Translations under genes and position numbers: made by a program | The notes under the pieces: model-generated | Databases searched by the model: none | Told to the model about the DNA's origin: nothing | What the model saw: the letters and a program-made list of their open reading frames with translations, nothing else | Assembly (NCBI GenBank): GCA_905250005.1 | Contig: CAJNOH010001581.1 | Coordinates: 1 to 35,797 of the forward strand | Length of the DNA: 35,797 bases | Source of the DNA: Rotaria sordida | Lineage: Eukaryota | Reading direction: 5' to 3' | In this document: positions 11,355-22,800 of the stretch, in pieces | How positions within the stretch are numbered: the first letter of the stretch is position 1 | Layout: every line of letters starts with the position of its first letter

Positions 11355-14300
11355 ATGGCTAGAGATGCCTCATCACCATGTATATTTACATGCCAAAGAC
11401 GAGAAGCAAACGATATTCGTGATAAACTTATCCAGGTGACGACTGAATCGTATTCACATATTTGGTTTTCAATGCAAACAGAACCATTTCATTTTATTTA
11501 CAATAGGCGTTCAATGGTGGATGATGATTCAATGAAAGTCAAACAATATCCTGTCTTTTTCTATTTTGGTTCTATGTATACTTATAGTACTTTTCATATT
11601 CATAGTAAACCACACCCAGTTATTTACGATATTGACATAACCAAATGGAATCAGGCACCAGAAACAATTCGTATCATGTCTAAAGATAAAACGAGACAAA
11701 TCTTTATACCAGTGAAATGGATACAAAAAAAAGTGTTGGTCAATACAAATGGACGACCATGTGTGGTTTTAATGTTAAAATATTCTGTAAAAATGAAAAG
11801 AAAAGCAACAATCAATGGTAAATCAAAGTATGAAAGGTAAGGTAGATAGATCAATTGATAATACGACTGTTGTTTTCCAGACAGATGCTCTCGTGACACT
11901 TGTTCCTTGGCAACAGTTGTGGGTGTGGCTGTGGTAGACGTGGATGTGGGTGTCGGAGGTGCAGCGACTATAAATGTTCATCAGTTTTTTGCCCACTCAC
12001 ACACATATCCGTGCTGCAAAACTGAATGTCCGAGAAGTAGTTGTCACCGAGGAGCAAGTGTCACGGGAATATCTGTCATGGAATCGTTTTATATTATAGT
12101 TCCATGAAATCATACATCAGTAATCTTATATTTCATATCTCTTCTTTTAGAGTATGTCGAATAGATGAAGAAGGACTCGAAACAATCGTATCGAGAAGTT
12201 CTGATCTTCTTCTTTCGTTCAATGAAATTGACCATACATATGCTTTTCTGTCAGAGCTTACAAAAGAAACCGATAATTATCGCAATAAATTTAAAATCTA
12301 CTTTGTTTCACTTAAACAAGTTCAATGTGATAATAATAATAATAAACAACCTTTTAATTTGCCTCGATCAGCATCACATAAACAACATTATGCATTGAAA
12401 ATGCTTTATTCTATGGGTTATGTGTTTCAAGATAAATATTCAAAACAAATGCATGATCAATTTGTAGCATTTGATAAAGAATTATTCAATAATATGTGCT
12501 ATTATCTTAAAGAAAAACTCGAAGAAAATCATTGTTATATGTTAAATCGTATATTCGATGAATACAACACTTATCTAAAAGAGAAACGTAAAAATGAACA
12601 AGAATATTCTGTACAAAAACTTCCCTATTGTATTGGTTGTATTTCGTTGACACCATTACGAATTATCTATCATCGAATGGAATCATCAATTGAAAATCGA
12701 GCATTAAGAATGAGACAATTCGGTGGTGAAGATATGTTTTTATTGGTACATATTCGAGAAGAAGATAATCAAGCATTAAAAGATTTTGATTCATCAATTA
12801 AATGTCGACTTAAATCAAAAATGATGCAAGGAATTAAAGCTATGGATAGAATCTATCGTTTATTTGGTACATCAACTAGTCAATTAAAAGAAATGTCATT
12901 TTGGTTTGCAGCTATTGAAGATAAACCAATTGAAAAAGCTTGGGAAGAATTAGGAAATTTTTCGTCCATAAAAAATGTTGCCAATTATGTAGCACGGATT
13001 GGTCTTTATTTCTCAACATCTCATGCAACAGGAGTACGTGTATATTTTCTATTTTTGATAGAACAAACAAAAAAATCCAAACAATATTTTTTATTATCAT
13101 ATTTTAATAGATTTCATTTAAATATGAGAAAAACTTCTCACCCAACATGCAATATGTAGCAACAACTATTGATGATATTGAGACAAATGATAAAAAATAT
13201 TGTTTTACTGATGGCATCGGAAAAATGTCATGGGGTATTGCTGGTCTAGTTGCTCCAAAATTAAATATTAAATTGGAATCAAGAGATGATATACCGTCAG
13301 CTTATCAAGTTCGTATTGCAGGATGTAAAGGAATGCTCGTCATTGATCCTAAATCGAAAATGAATGATTATTATATAAAAGTTAGACCATCGATGGAAAA
13401 ATTTCAATCTGATAATTGGGAATTAGAAGTATGCAAATATAGTGGACCGTGTAAGGTTTCAAAAACTTAGTAGACAAATAAATATTATAACAATAGATTG
13501 TATTTGTTTTTATAGTTGAACTTAGATTCAATAATCAAGTGATCATGCTTTTATCGGATTTGCGTAATCCTGATGCAGTTTTTGAATCCTATCAAAATGC
13601 AAGTTTGACTAATTGTTTTGCACAAAATGAAAAGGAACAGCAACGAAAATTGAAGTTTGCATCAGCTAAGGAAGATTTATTAAAAAATAGAATTCCATTA
13701 CCGTTAAATGAAGCACGAAATATGTTTGGTGTTGCCGATGAAACTGGTACATTAGAATATAGTCAAGTATTTATTCAGTATAAAAATCTTGATCCAAACA
13801 TTGATAAAACATATATTGTTGTAACTGGTATGTTTGTTTTTTTTTAATTATTTTATAATTCTACAAAAAAATTACATCAATTATGTATGTCTATAGGTGA
13901 TGTATTAGTAGCGAAAATGCCGTGCTTACATCCTGGCGATTTTCGTCGGTTGACTGCTATCGATGTACCTCAATTGAGAAAATGTATACGTGATTGTATT
14001 GTATTTCCAACGAAAGGAAAACGACCTCATCCGAATGAAATGTCTGGATCTGATCTAGATGGAGATCAATATTGGGTGAGTCTTAATGAAACTAACTGAT
14101 GATTCACTATTTCAATTAAAATACTATAATAAGAAAGAAAAAACTATTTTATTTCGGATACTTTATAAAAGCAAAAATTATTATCAAGATTTTGACTAGC
14201 ATGATGTCTTAAACGAATGTTGTCTTATTTTTATGTTTGTACTTATAAGTTTTGTAGACAGATTAGTACAAGAAATAACAATGCTAGATATCTTCTTACT

Positions 14301-16483
14301 ACAGATCAACTCGAGTTTTCTTTTCAAACTTAAATTTGATCTTTAAAACAAAGCATACATGAAAGTACGGATGAATATAAGAAAATAATACATAATTTTT
14401 GTGATCTCATTTATTTACTATCTTTGATAAGATTGTGTAAAGCTTTTATTACAAAGAAAATTCAATTAGTACAATTGCAACCTTAGGTACTATGTTATTG
14501 AAAATGTTAAATGTCTTTGTATTAGGTATATTGGGGAAAACAATTGGAAATCAGAGAAATGGATGAACCATTATCATATGAATCTTTACCAAAGAAAGTA
14601 GTACCTAAAATAACATATGAAGATATAATCGATCATATCGTTGAGTCATTTGGAGCTGGAAGTCAAGGTATTATTTGTGATGTACATTTAGCAATTGCTG
14701 ATTCTCGTCCAAAACGTACCAGATCAGATGAATGCCGATATTTAGCTGAATTATTTGCACGTGCTGTTGATGCACCAAAAACAGGTGAAATTATTGAATT
14801 AGATAAAGTTTATAAATTAAGAGCAGAATTTTGTCGAGGATATCCAGAATTTATGAAAAAATACGATCAACCAATACGTCAATCGCAGAGTATTTTAAAT
14901 AAATTATTTTTAAATGCAAGAAGATACTTTTTTACGCATCATGAAACAGATCTTCAAATAGCATCATCAAAACCTATTTTACGATCCGATTCATCTACTC
15001 CTAAAGTCTGTGCACAACGAAAAACTGGAGCAAGCGTACAAGACGAAGAGTTTCAAGAATGGCTTATATCTCTTAACATTGATACATCAGACAATACAAT
15101 CAGTGAAGCTAAATCTATCTTAGCAAACACCAAAGGGAGAAAAAGCTCAATTAAAAGTCTTGATACTGCAAGCAGTATAGTTGAGGTGGACTCTTCGACA
15201 CCATCACTAGAATCATCAATCACAGGAAATAAAAAGAAAAGAAATATTCAATTGAAAAAAGAAGAAGCCGAAGACAATCAAACACTCTCAACAAAAGAAG
15301 AAAAACTTCCTGTCGAACCAAAACCATCTGGATCAGCTTCAACAAAAGATAAAACACCAAAACAAACTAAAGCAAAAGCAGAATCTATTAACACATCTGA
15401 TGAACCTTTTAAGTTAACCAATTCTGCTACGCCATCAGTTTCACTACAACTATCAGCAAGTGCTTCGTCGATTTCTCAGAATACTCTTAATCGAAATATT
15501 GTTTTCAATGGTATGACAGCAGTAACCAATCGGCTCAAATGGGTTCAAATAGGTAGTGATGTTTTTACAGTTGATCTGGATTCAAAAGGGAATAGTGAAA
15601 GCAATGCAATAGATAAAATAGTTAATCTTATGCTTGATCTAAGAAAAACAGCATCTTTTTCGACTGACACTAAATTAACACTTACAATATTATGGGGTGA
15701 ACTTAACATTAGAACTACACAAACAATGAATGATACAAAACCAAAGAATATAAAAGAACTTGTCCAAGTAATCAAAGATAATAATGATATTGAAATTTTA
15801 TTTAGAGAATCTGATATCAAAAGTATTGTAAAAGAACATGTAAGTATCGACACTTATTTAGTATACAATAACAAAAAACCTTTTAATCTTAGGAACCATC
15901 TGGCAAATCAGCAGCAGTCTATGTCCTTATTTGTAGATGTTTGGTTATTACACCAAACGATATAGCACTCATATTTGATGATAAAAAAAAATTAAAGAAA
16001 ATTTCATTTGCTTCTCGAGAGTGGATTTGTGCTGTTCGAGGCGGTGAAGCTATTACGGATAGTTACTATGAAATTCGATGTACAACCAAAGAAATCGATT
16101 CAGAACATGAGTCATTCTCTAACTATTTGAAAATGTTGTTCAAAGATCTGAACTCACTTGATATTTTAACTGGTAAAAGTCCACAAATTTCAATTGCTAG
16201 CGAACAATTTATACCAGGAGTACAAATTATTTCTTTACAACGATTGGTTCGTTGTGATTATGTCCTTTTAAGTCAACGAAAGTTATATCAAGGTCAATTT
16301 AGTACACTGACAAATCTCGAGTGGGCTTTTTATCATGTTACACGTATTTCTACAGAAAAGATAAATGGTAAAATTTCAACACGAGATGTAATTGAATTTC
16401 AGGCAACACCAATTCAACTGGCAAAAAAATGTGAACAAGACTTGAAAAATTTATGTGATTTGGCAAAGAGATTTTTTGACTAA
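11355..16483 (+). CDS. Cellular RNA-dependent RNA polymerase (RDR/RdRP family) with a long C-terminal extension. Proposed exons: 11355(first ATG; frame open from 11271)-11836, 12151-13033, 13111-13450, 13516-13827, 13897-14075, 14526-15839, 15893-16483.
   Basis: The catalytic exon encodes 'VLVAKMPCLHPGDFRRLTAIDVPQL...GSDLDGDQYW|VYWG', which is the eukaryotic RdRP DxDGD motif. Upstream exons carry 'RIYRLFGTSTSQLKEMSFWFAA...NVANYVARIGLYFSTS', 'FTDGIGKMSWGIAGL...PSAYQVRIAGCKGMLVIDP' and 'FNNQVIMLLSDL'. The downstream exon has 'HLAIADSRP...CRYLAELFARAVDAPKTGEII'. All seven proposed junctions keep the reading frame and use GT..AG with introns of 53-450 bp, for example 13034-13110, 13451-13515, 13828-13896 and 15840-15892. 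The track ORFs 12041..13159, 13147..13470, 13539..13847, 13887..14099, 14544..15965 and 15941..16483 are pieces of this gene. The last roughly 500 aa (Ser/Thr/Lys-rich low complexity, then a globular-looking terminal exon) have no similarity I recognise. The 5' end is uncertain; an upstream exon is possible. Confidence 0.85.
11917..11960. repeat. Degenerate telomere-like G-tract (ttgtgggtgtggctgtggtagacgtggatgtgggtgtcgg) lying inside RdRP intron 1
   Basis: Read directly from the sequence. Confidence 0.6.
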
Positions 16484-17237
16484 ATTTTAATAATATAGTT
16501 TATGAACAAAATAACAGAATAAATCAAGACAATGAGAGTAACATTTTCAATGTCTTTAAAAGTCATCTTCGAGAATCACGAAAAAGAGAAGATAGGTATT
16601 GTTCTAGAAAGTTCGTTTTATGAATAATCGACAACTTATTATGTTTATAGTACAGTTTTGAGACGCAAAACATTTATAGAAATGAAACAATTTCTTATGT
16701 AATTGATTGATATTTAACGCGTACTCAACCATCGTATTTCTATGATTAGGATTAACAGTTTGAATTTAAAATACTAAAATTTTTAATTAATATAGGATAT
16801 CTGTTCGGCAAACTTCATGCAAATGGTAGACAATGTTGATTTTAAACTAACTGAATTGAAGATAAGAAAAGAGAGAATGATTATTAAAACGAATTATGTT
16901 TGTTTACTTTTAGTTTTTGTATCAGAAAAATCATTTTGACTTTTTTTCATTTAAACATGAACGATCAGGTTCAAATGTTAGTGATAATATATATTAGTGT
17001 CACATTGACATTTTTATTATTTCAATTGTAGAATTCATACAAAAAAAAGTTACTGATCGCTGTATAAGATTATTCATAAATCATTTGATAATCCAAAGAA
17101 ATCTGTAATACAAAAAAATCAATCAGTATTCTTATAGCTTCGATTAATGTTAATGATGTGGAGATAAATCGAAATGATCTTTTCAAATCATTTCATTATG
17201 AGATTTTGAATCTATCGCTAGTGTCTTAATCTAAATC

Positions 17238-17307
17238 GATGTAGGGTGAGTGTGGATGCCGGAGTGTACTAGTTCTCTTTCGGTACACCCACACCCACAT
17301 CCACATC
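17238..17307. repeat. Mini head-to-head telomere-like hairpin (gatgtagggtgagtgtggatgccggagtgtac / loop / gtacacccacacccacatccacatc)
   Basis: Direct reading shows imperfect reverse-complementary arms of about 25 nt with a 12-nt loop. Confidence 0.75.
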
Positions 17308-17896
17308 TTCCTTTTTAAATTTGCATTATTAGTCATTCTTTTTATCTAAAAAAATAAAAGTATTGAGTTTTTTATATTTGAAGAATCTTAGACGTTTTAG
17401 GCATAGTTTCTTTCCGTAGAAATAAAATCGAGAATAATTGAGATGATACTAAATGATTATAAAAGTAGTTCGATGTAATTGTAACAAATCTAGCAGATAA
17501 ATCTCAAATAATAGACGCATCACTATTGGCAGTGACAATTTAACGAATCTCTTGAGATATAAGCCGTCGAGATAACAGAGGGTAGATTGAACAAGAAAAA
17601 AAAATCACATATATAACACTAAAGATGTCACGGAGTCCGTGTCAACCCACCTTTTAATTTTTTCCCTGTAAGAGCTATCAAAGAAATTTCATATGGTCTT
17701 CGTGCATTGTTAGGAGAATAGCGATTAAAGAAACGATCAATCTGCAAACGATAAGTATTAATTTAGCTAAAGGCAAAAATCAGCATTGTGGGTCCGGTTA
17801 GATCCCCAAACAGTGTACAAGGGTTAATTATATCCTGACTTCGAATGAGATGGTTCGCTTTCCTGTTAATTAAAAACAAAATGAAAAATGAAAATG

Positions 17897-17955
17897 CAGG
17901 GTGTGGATGGGTGTGATTCTTCTTTTAACTCACACCTATACCCACACCCACCTCC
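17897..17955. repeat. Mini head-to-head telomere-like hairpin (gcagggtgtggatgggtgtga / 16-nt loop / tcacacctatacccacacccacctcc)
   Basis: Read directly from the sequence. Confidence 0.75.
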
Positions 17956-19102
17956 AAATCAAACAAAATCAAATTTAAAAATCGGGCTCTATTACGTCCT
18001 AGCCTTAAGGACACTCTACAACCTGAAAACCACCCGGGCTTGGTAGCTCGTATCCTTATTATGAAATTCTTGCCTGCGTAAAGGGTAATGAATTAACTAG
18101 AACTTGTGCATTTCGTTGAGATTTGGGGGAGATATTTTAACCATAAGCTATTCTAGTCAAGATCAACATTTCCTGAAATTTTGGTTGAAATCGGACGAAA
18201 AATAACAAAGTTCGCTTCTGAGGGGGCCCCCCTTAAACAAAAACTACACAATTAAAACAGGCTTTATTTTATAGATTGTAGAGGTTTTTACGCTGCATCT
18301 TGTGGCATATTTTGTTTTTAAAGTAAACGTACTTAATCATGAAAAAAAGAAATACAAAAACTGGCTATTCACATTGTAGGACACTCGATATTATTCATAA
18401 AGTAATTATAAATTAAACTTTCCATTCAATTTACCGCAAAATTCATAAAAATCTATATTAAGTAAGTCTCATGAGAGTGCAGACGAGATATTTGTGTTAT
18501 GGATATCTGTGTGAAATAAAGTAACCTAACAGTATGTTTCAATTCAATGCACCAGAAATAATTTCTGACTCAAAGGGTTAAATCCTATGTCTATTTACGT
18601 TTAGAGTATATCTATTGTCGTAGCAGAAACTGGCAAACGAGACAAATTTAACACTATTTTAGAAGGAAATACGAATTACATTTTTCTTTTATATATTATA
18701 TTTGAAACTATTCGTGCAGAAATACTTAAGGTTTAAAATTTGTCTCAGTTTTATGTGATGATATTAAACAAATCAACATAGTATCGATGATAAACGAATA
18801 CATCATATAATGAAAGATTTCCTTTATTGTGACCTATCGTTTTAATATCTTGTTGATCTTCAGAAAAGATGTTGTATCATTTGAGACAACTGAAAAACAT
18901 TTTCTATTTAATGATTTTCTTAAACAGTAAAATATAATAATGAATTTCTTTTCTCTTTTTAATGAACAGAATTTGCAACGTTTATTATTCTTTAATTTGA
19001 ATTATCTTTGATTATTCATTTTTCAATATATTAATATAAATTAAGAGAATTTTTTGTATCTATATAATCACACAAAACATTTTGCGAAAAGTATTCCATC
19101 AT

Positions 19103-19137
19103 AGGGTGTGGGTGCAAGTGTGTCTGAGTGTGCGAGT
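19103..19137. repeat. Degenerate telomere-like G-tract (agggtgtgggtgcaagtgtgtctgagtgtgcgagt)
   Basis: Direct reading. The downstream complementarity is weak. Confidence 0.5.
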
Positions 19138-19876
19138 ACATAAAGAGAACACTCACAGCCTGCATCTCGACGCACTCTTTCAAACAAAAAAAAATTTAAA
19201 TATATTGACAGAGTCTGGACCGAGAGTTCCTTGTCAGAAGATGAAAAAATCATAAACCCAGAAAAAATAAGGTATCGAAGAAAAACCGATGCAGTTTTTG
19301 AAAGAACAGAAGAGGAGCTATCTTCCCATGCATTTATCTCAATTTCGAAATTTCTGACGAAAATTGACTTTTTTTTAGAAGACCTTTAAACATATCTTCA
19401 TAGTTGTTTAAGTGCTATGTTGAGATTTTTCTTCAACCATTCAGTTGGAAGAATACTATACTATTTGCGTCTCTGAAGCAAGAAGTTTTCCTGTGACAAT
19501 AATACATTTTGAATGATCAAAGGTTGCGAGCATAGGTGAGAGATGAGTACAATATTCCCATCAAGATCCACACTCTTATGATTTTCATGACATGGGACAC
19601 TTAGCGACGACATTAATGATGAAATGTATTAACATTGAGCTTCATGACTTGTGAAAATTTCCATGGTATACCGACGATTTCATCAGCTTGTGCAATAACT
19701 CAACGTGCAGAACTGTAAAGAAAAATATTAATAACATTTGCCTACTTCTTGTTTTTTCTCTTTTCCTTTGCATGGAGTAACGCGTAACCATATTAGTCAT
19801 CACACGATTATTTTGAAAATAGGTCATAGAATGAATACGTTCGTAGATTGGTTCATAAATCATTGATTATTTTCAG

Positions 19877-22800
19877 ATGAAACAAGCTACTACCTCTACT
19901 TCATTATTATCACCATTCAATGGCAAAACGATTGTACTCGAACTTGGCCATGAAATAGGTTTCAAAGCTAAACAAGAATTGATCAACTATTTACGAGAAC
20001 AGCAAGCACATATTTCATATATTTTGACAGCTAGTGTATGTTCTCCTTTTATTCCATTAAACATGTGATTAAAGTTGACTTATTTAGACTGATTATGTTT
20101 TGGCTATGAATAATGTAGATAGCTACAAGATACGTCGTGCCAAACAGCTTGGCTTACCAATAGTCAATGTTGAATATGTATACAGATGTCGTTGTTTGCC
20201 ACCTGGTCAAACATCAATTGATATTAGTAAATTTATTATCAAGTCAGCTGAAGATCAAGAAAATTTTACAAAAACCGGCACTATTTCCATGGAAGGTATT
20301 AGTAGTTCTTTTAAAAATCATGTCAGACATCCTTGTTCATTAGAATGTCGAGTAAATGTGACTAAAATCAATAAATTCGATTTGACTAAAATCAAATTAT
20401 GGAATTCGGACGATGTCGATTTGCCTGGTTTCGATGAGTTGACACATTGTGAGATTGGCAAATGGGCCATTTTCAAAGTAGATTTGTATTAATTTCTAAC
20501 TATTGTTCTCTTATATTTCTACTGTTCATAATAGGAAACCAACGATAATTCAAATGTATTTTTTGTTCTTGAACTTCAAGTTATTCCAGAACAGTACTAC
20601 GATCGAACAACGAGTGATTATCGACTACGATTTCGATATGAAAAACAGACTATTATTGGTGAAGAACCACAACACGATAAAAAAATTTCGATACAATATG
20701 CATTCAGTGATGATCCAAACGAACAACAACAATTGTTTGCATCGTACTATTATCGAGTGGCTAAAATGTCACGTATAACACGAATTCGTGAGATGTTACC
20801 TAATAAATTAGGATCAAAACTATTGTTACGTGTAAGTAAATAACATTGACAAAGAGAAACTATTTTCCAAAAGAAGATCAATTATTTTTAGTCTTTATTT
20901 ACTCATCGTATCGATACACAGATACTTGATGAGAACGTATGTCAATTGATTGAATCGATTTGGTTAGAATCGATTGGTGATCTGAATAAAATGTTGAGCA
21001 TATCACCCGAATCGATCACTCTCAAAACGGTATACAAATTCATTTTGTTACATTCATATTAGTTTGTGCTCTAAACAACTAAATAGATCATTGAAGCCGA
21101 AGCTGCACTGCTTGAACTCAAATCAACCAACAATTCTGCTGCTGCACTTCGTTTCTATTCACTTATACCACATCGACAAGAATACAATATCGATCTCATC
21201 AAGAATCGTCGAGCGTTAACCGAAAAAATAGACTTATGTCAAGTATGTCTATTTCTTTTTATTTGTTTTGTTTGATCTTTTACCTGTTCAGATGCTTCGA
21301 GATATGCTTACTGTCAACGAACTGACCAATTGGAATGTTAAAGCACCAATCGAAGCTAAATATCGAGCATTGAAATGTTATATTGAAACAGTGACTAGTT
21401 CAACACCCGAATTTAAGAATATTGCTAACATCATTCAATCGTCGACAGATAGGTGAGAAAATTTAATATTCAATTTCATGATAATAGCTTATTTGTTTTT
21501 GTTCATTAGCGATGAACAAATTGTCATTCACAATGTATTCAGCGTGGCTAAACAGACAGATGCACTCAATTTTTGTACAACATTATCTCATCAACGACAA
21601 CTATTTCATGGATCGAAATATGTCAATTTTCTTGGGATTCTTTCACGGTAAAATATTCATTTAATCCTCTAGACAATATTATGTGTACATTTAGTGGTTT
21701 GGTCATGCCTAAAATGGTAGTAGAAGACTTAGGTGTTGTACGTACTGATATTGGTTGTCTCGGTTATGGGATTTACTTTTCTGATTCTGCTTCGACTTCT
21801 TTAAAGTATACAACAACAAGCATAGTACGACCAGGTCGTCGTTTGTTATGCATTTGTCAAGTAGCACTTGGCGAAACAGCTAACTATTATTCATTTTCAC
21901 CGACTCTCACCAAACCTCCGGATGGTTTTCATAGTACGCATGGAGTTAAACGAACAGAAGATAATCATTCAATGTTTACTGTAAGTAGTTAGTGTTATTG
22001 TGACCTATTAAAGTATATTTTCAAAAATTTTGGTGAATTTCGTAGAACCAGCGAACCAAATTTTTTCGTCAATACCAGTGACTAAGCATTCATTTATGTC
22101 AGAGTTCATTGGTAGAGCTTGGAAAATCCCTTGACTATTGAATTCATAATTAATAGTGCAATCATAAATTTGATATTTATCGAAATAGGATAATGAATAT
22201 GCGATCTATCAACTCGATCAACAACGTTTACTCTACATTGTGGAAGTTTCATGGGCACCGAAAGATAATCTCAATATCGAATTAGAACGATTACCAATTA
22301 TTCATCATCAACAGCATGCATTACAATTGAGTGAACATGGTAATGATGATTCTTTTTATTAGATTAGAATTCAATTATCAGATTATCTGTTACATTCTAG
22401 TCGAAGTTCCCATGACAATCGATAATGAAATCATTGAAATAGCTGAACAAGACTATGGTTTAATATGTCCATCATCAGGAAAACTTGTACCACTTAAATC
22501 ATTTCATATTCGTGCTCAAATTGTTGATGTTACAGTTGAAGTAATTATATCTATGTTTCCATTGAAGTCAAATACTAATTCATCATATTTCTATTTAATG
22601 AAAAAGGTTGTTCTCTATCAAGTCTATCACAATATGAGTTCGAAACCGATTGAAGCTAAATATGTATTTCCTCTTGATGAAAATTCAACTGTATGTGGTT
22701 TTGAAGCACATATCAACAATAGAATTATCAAAGGTGTCGTTAAAGAAAAAGAACAAGCCAAACGAGAGTATCGAGAAGCAATTCAAAAGGGTCATGGCGC

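Noticed and set aside
12041-12150. The 5' part of track ORF 12041..13159 (MSPRSKCHGNICHG...), and the 'M' starts of many track ORFs, for example 13539, 14544, 15941, 21268 and 11274.
   Set aside because: The ORF caller used TTG/GTG as starts, as in bacterial tables. In this eukaryotic sequence those segments are intron, or internal exon sequence upstream of the true acceptor sites.
18040-18075. A tRNA-like fragment, 'cccgggcttggtagctcgtatcc'
   Set aside because: Only a partial D-arm-like match is present. No complete cloverleaf or anticodon arm could be assembled by eye.
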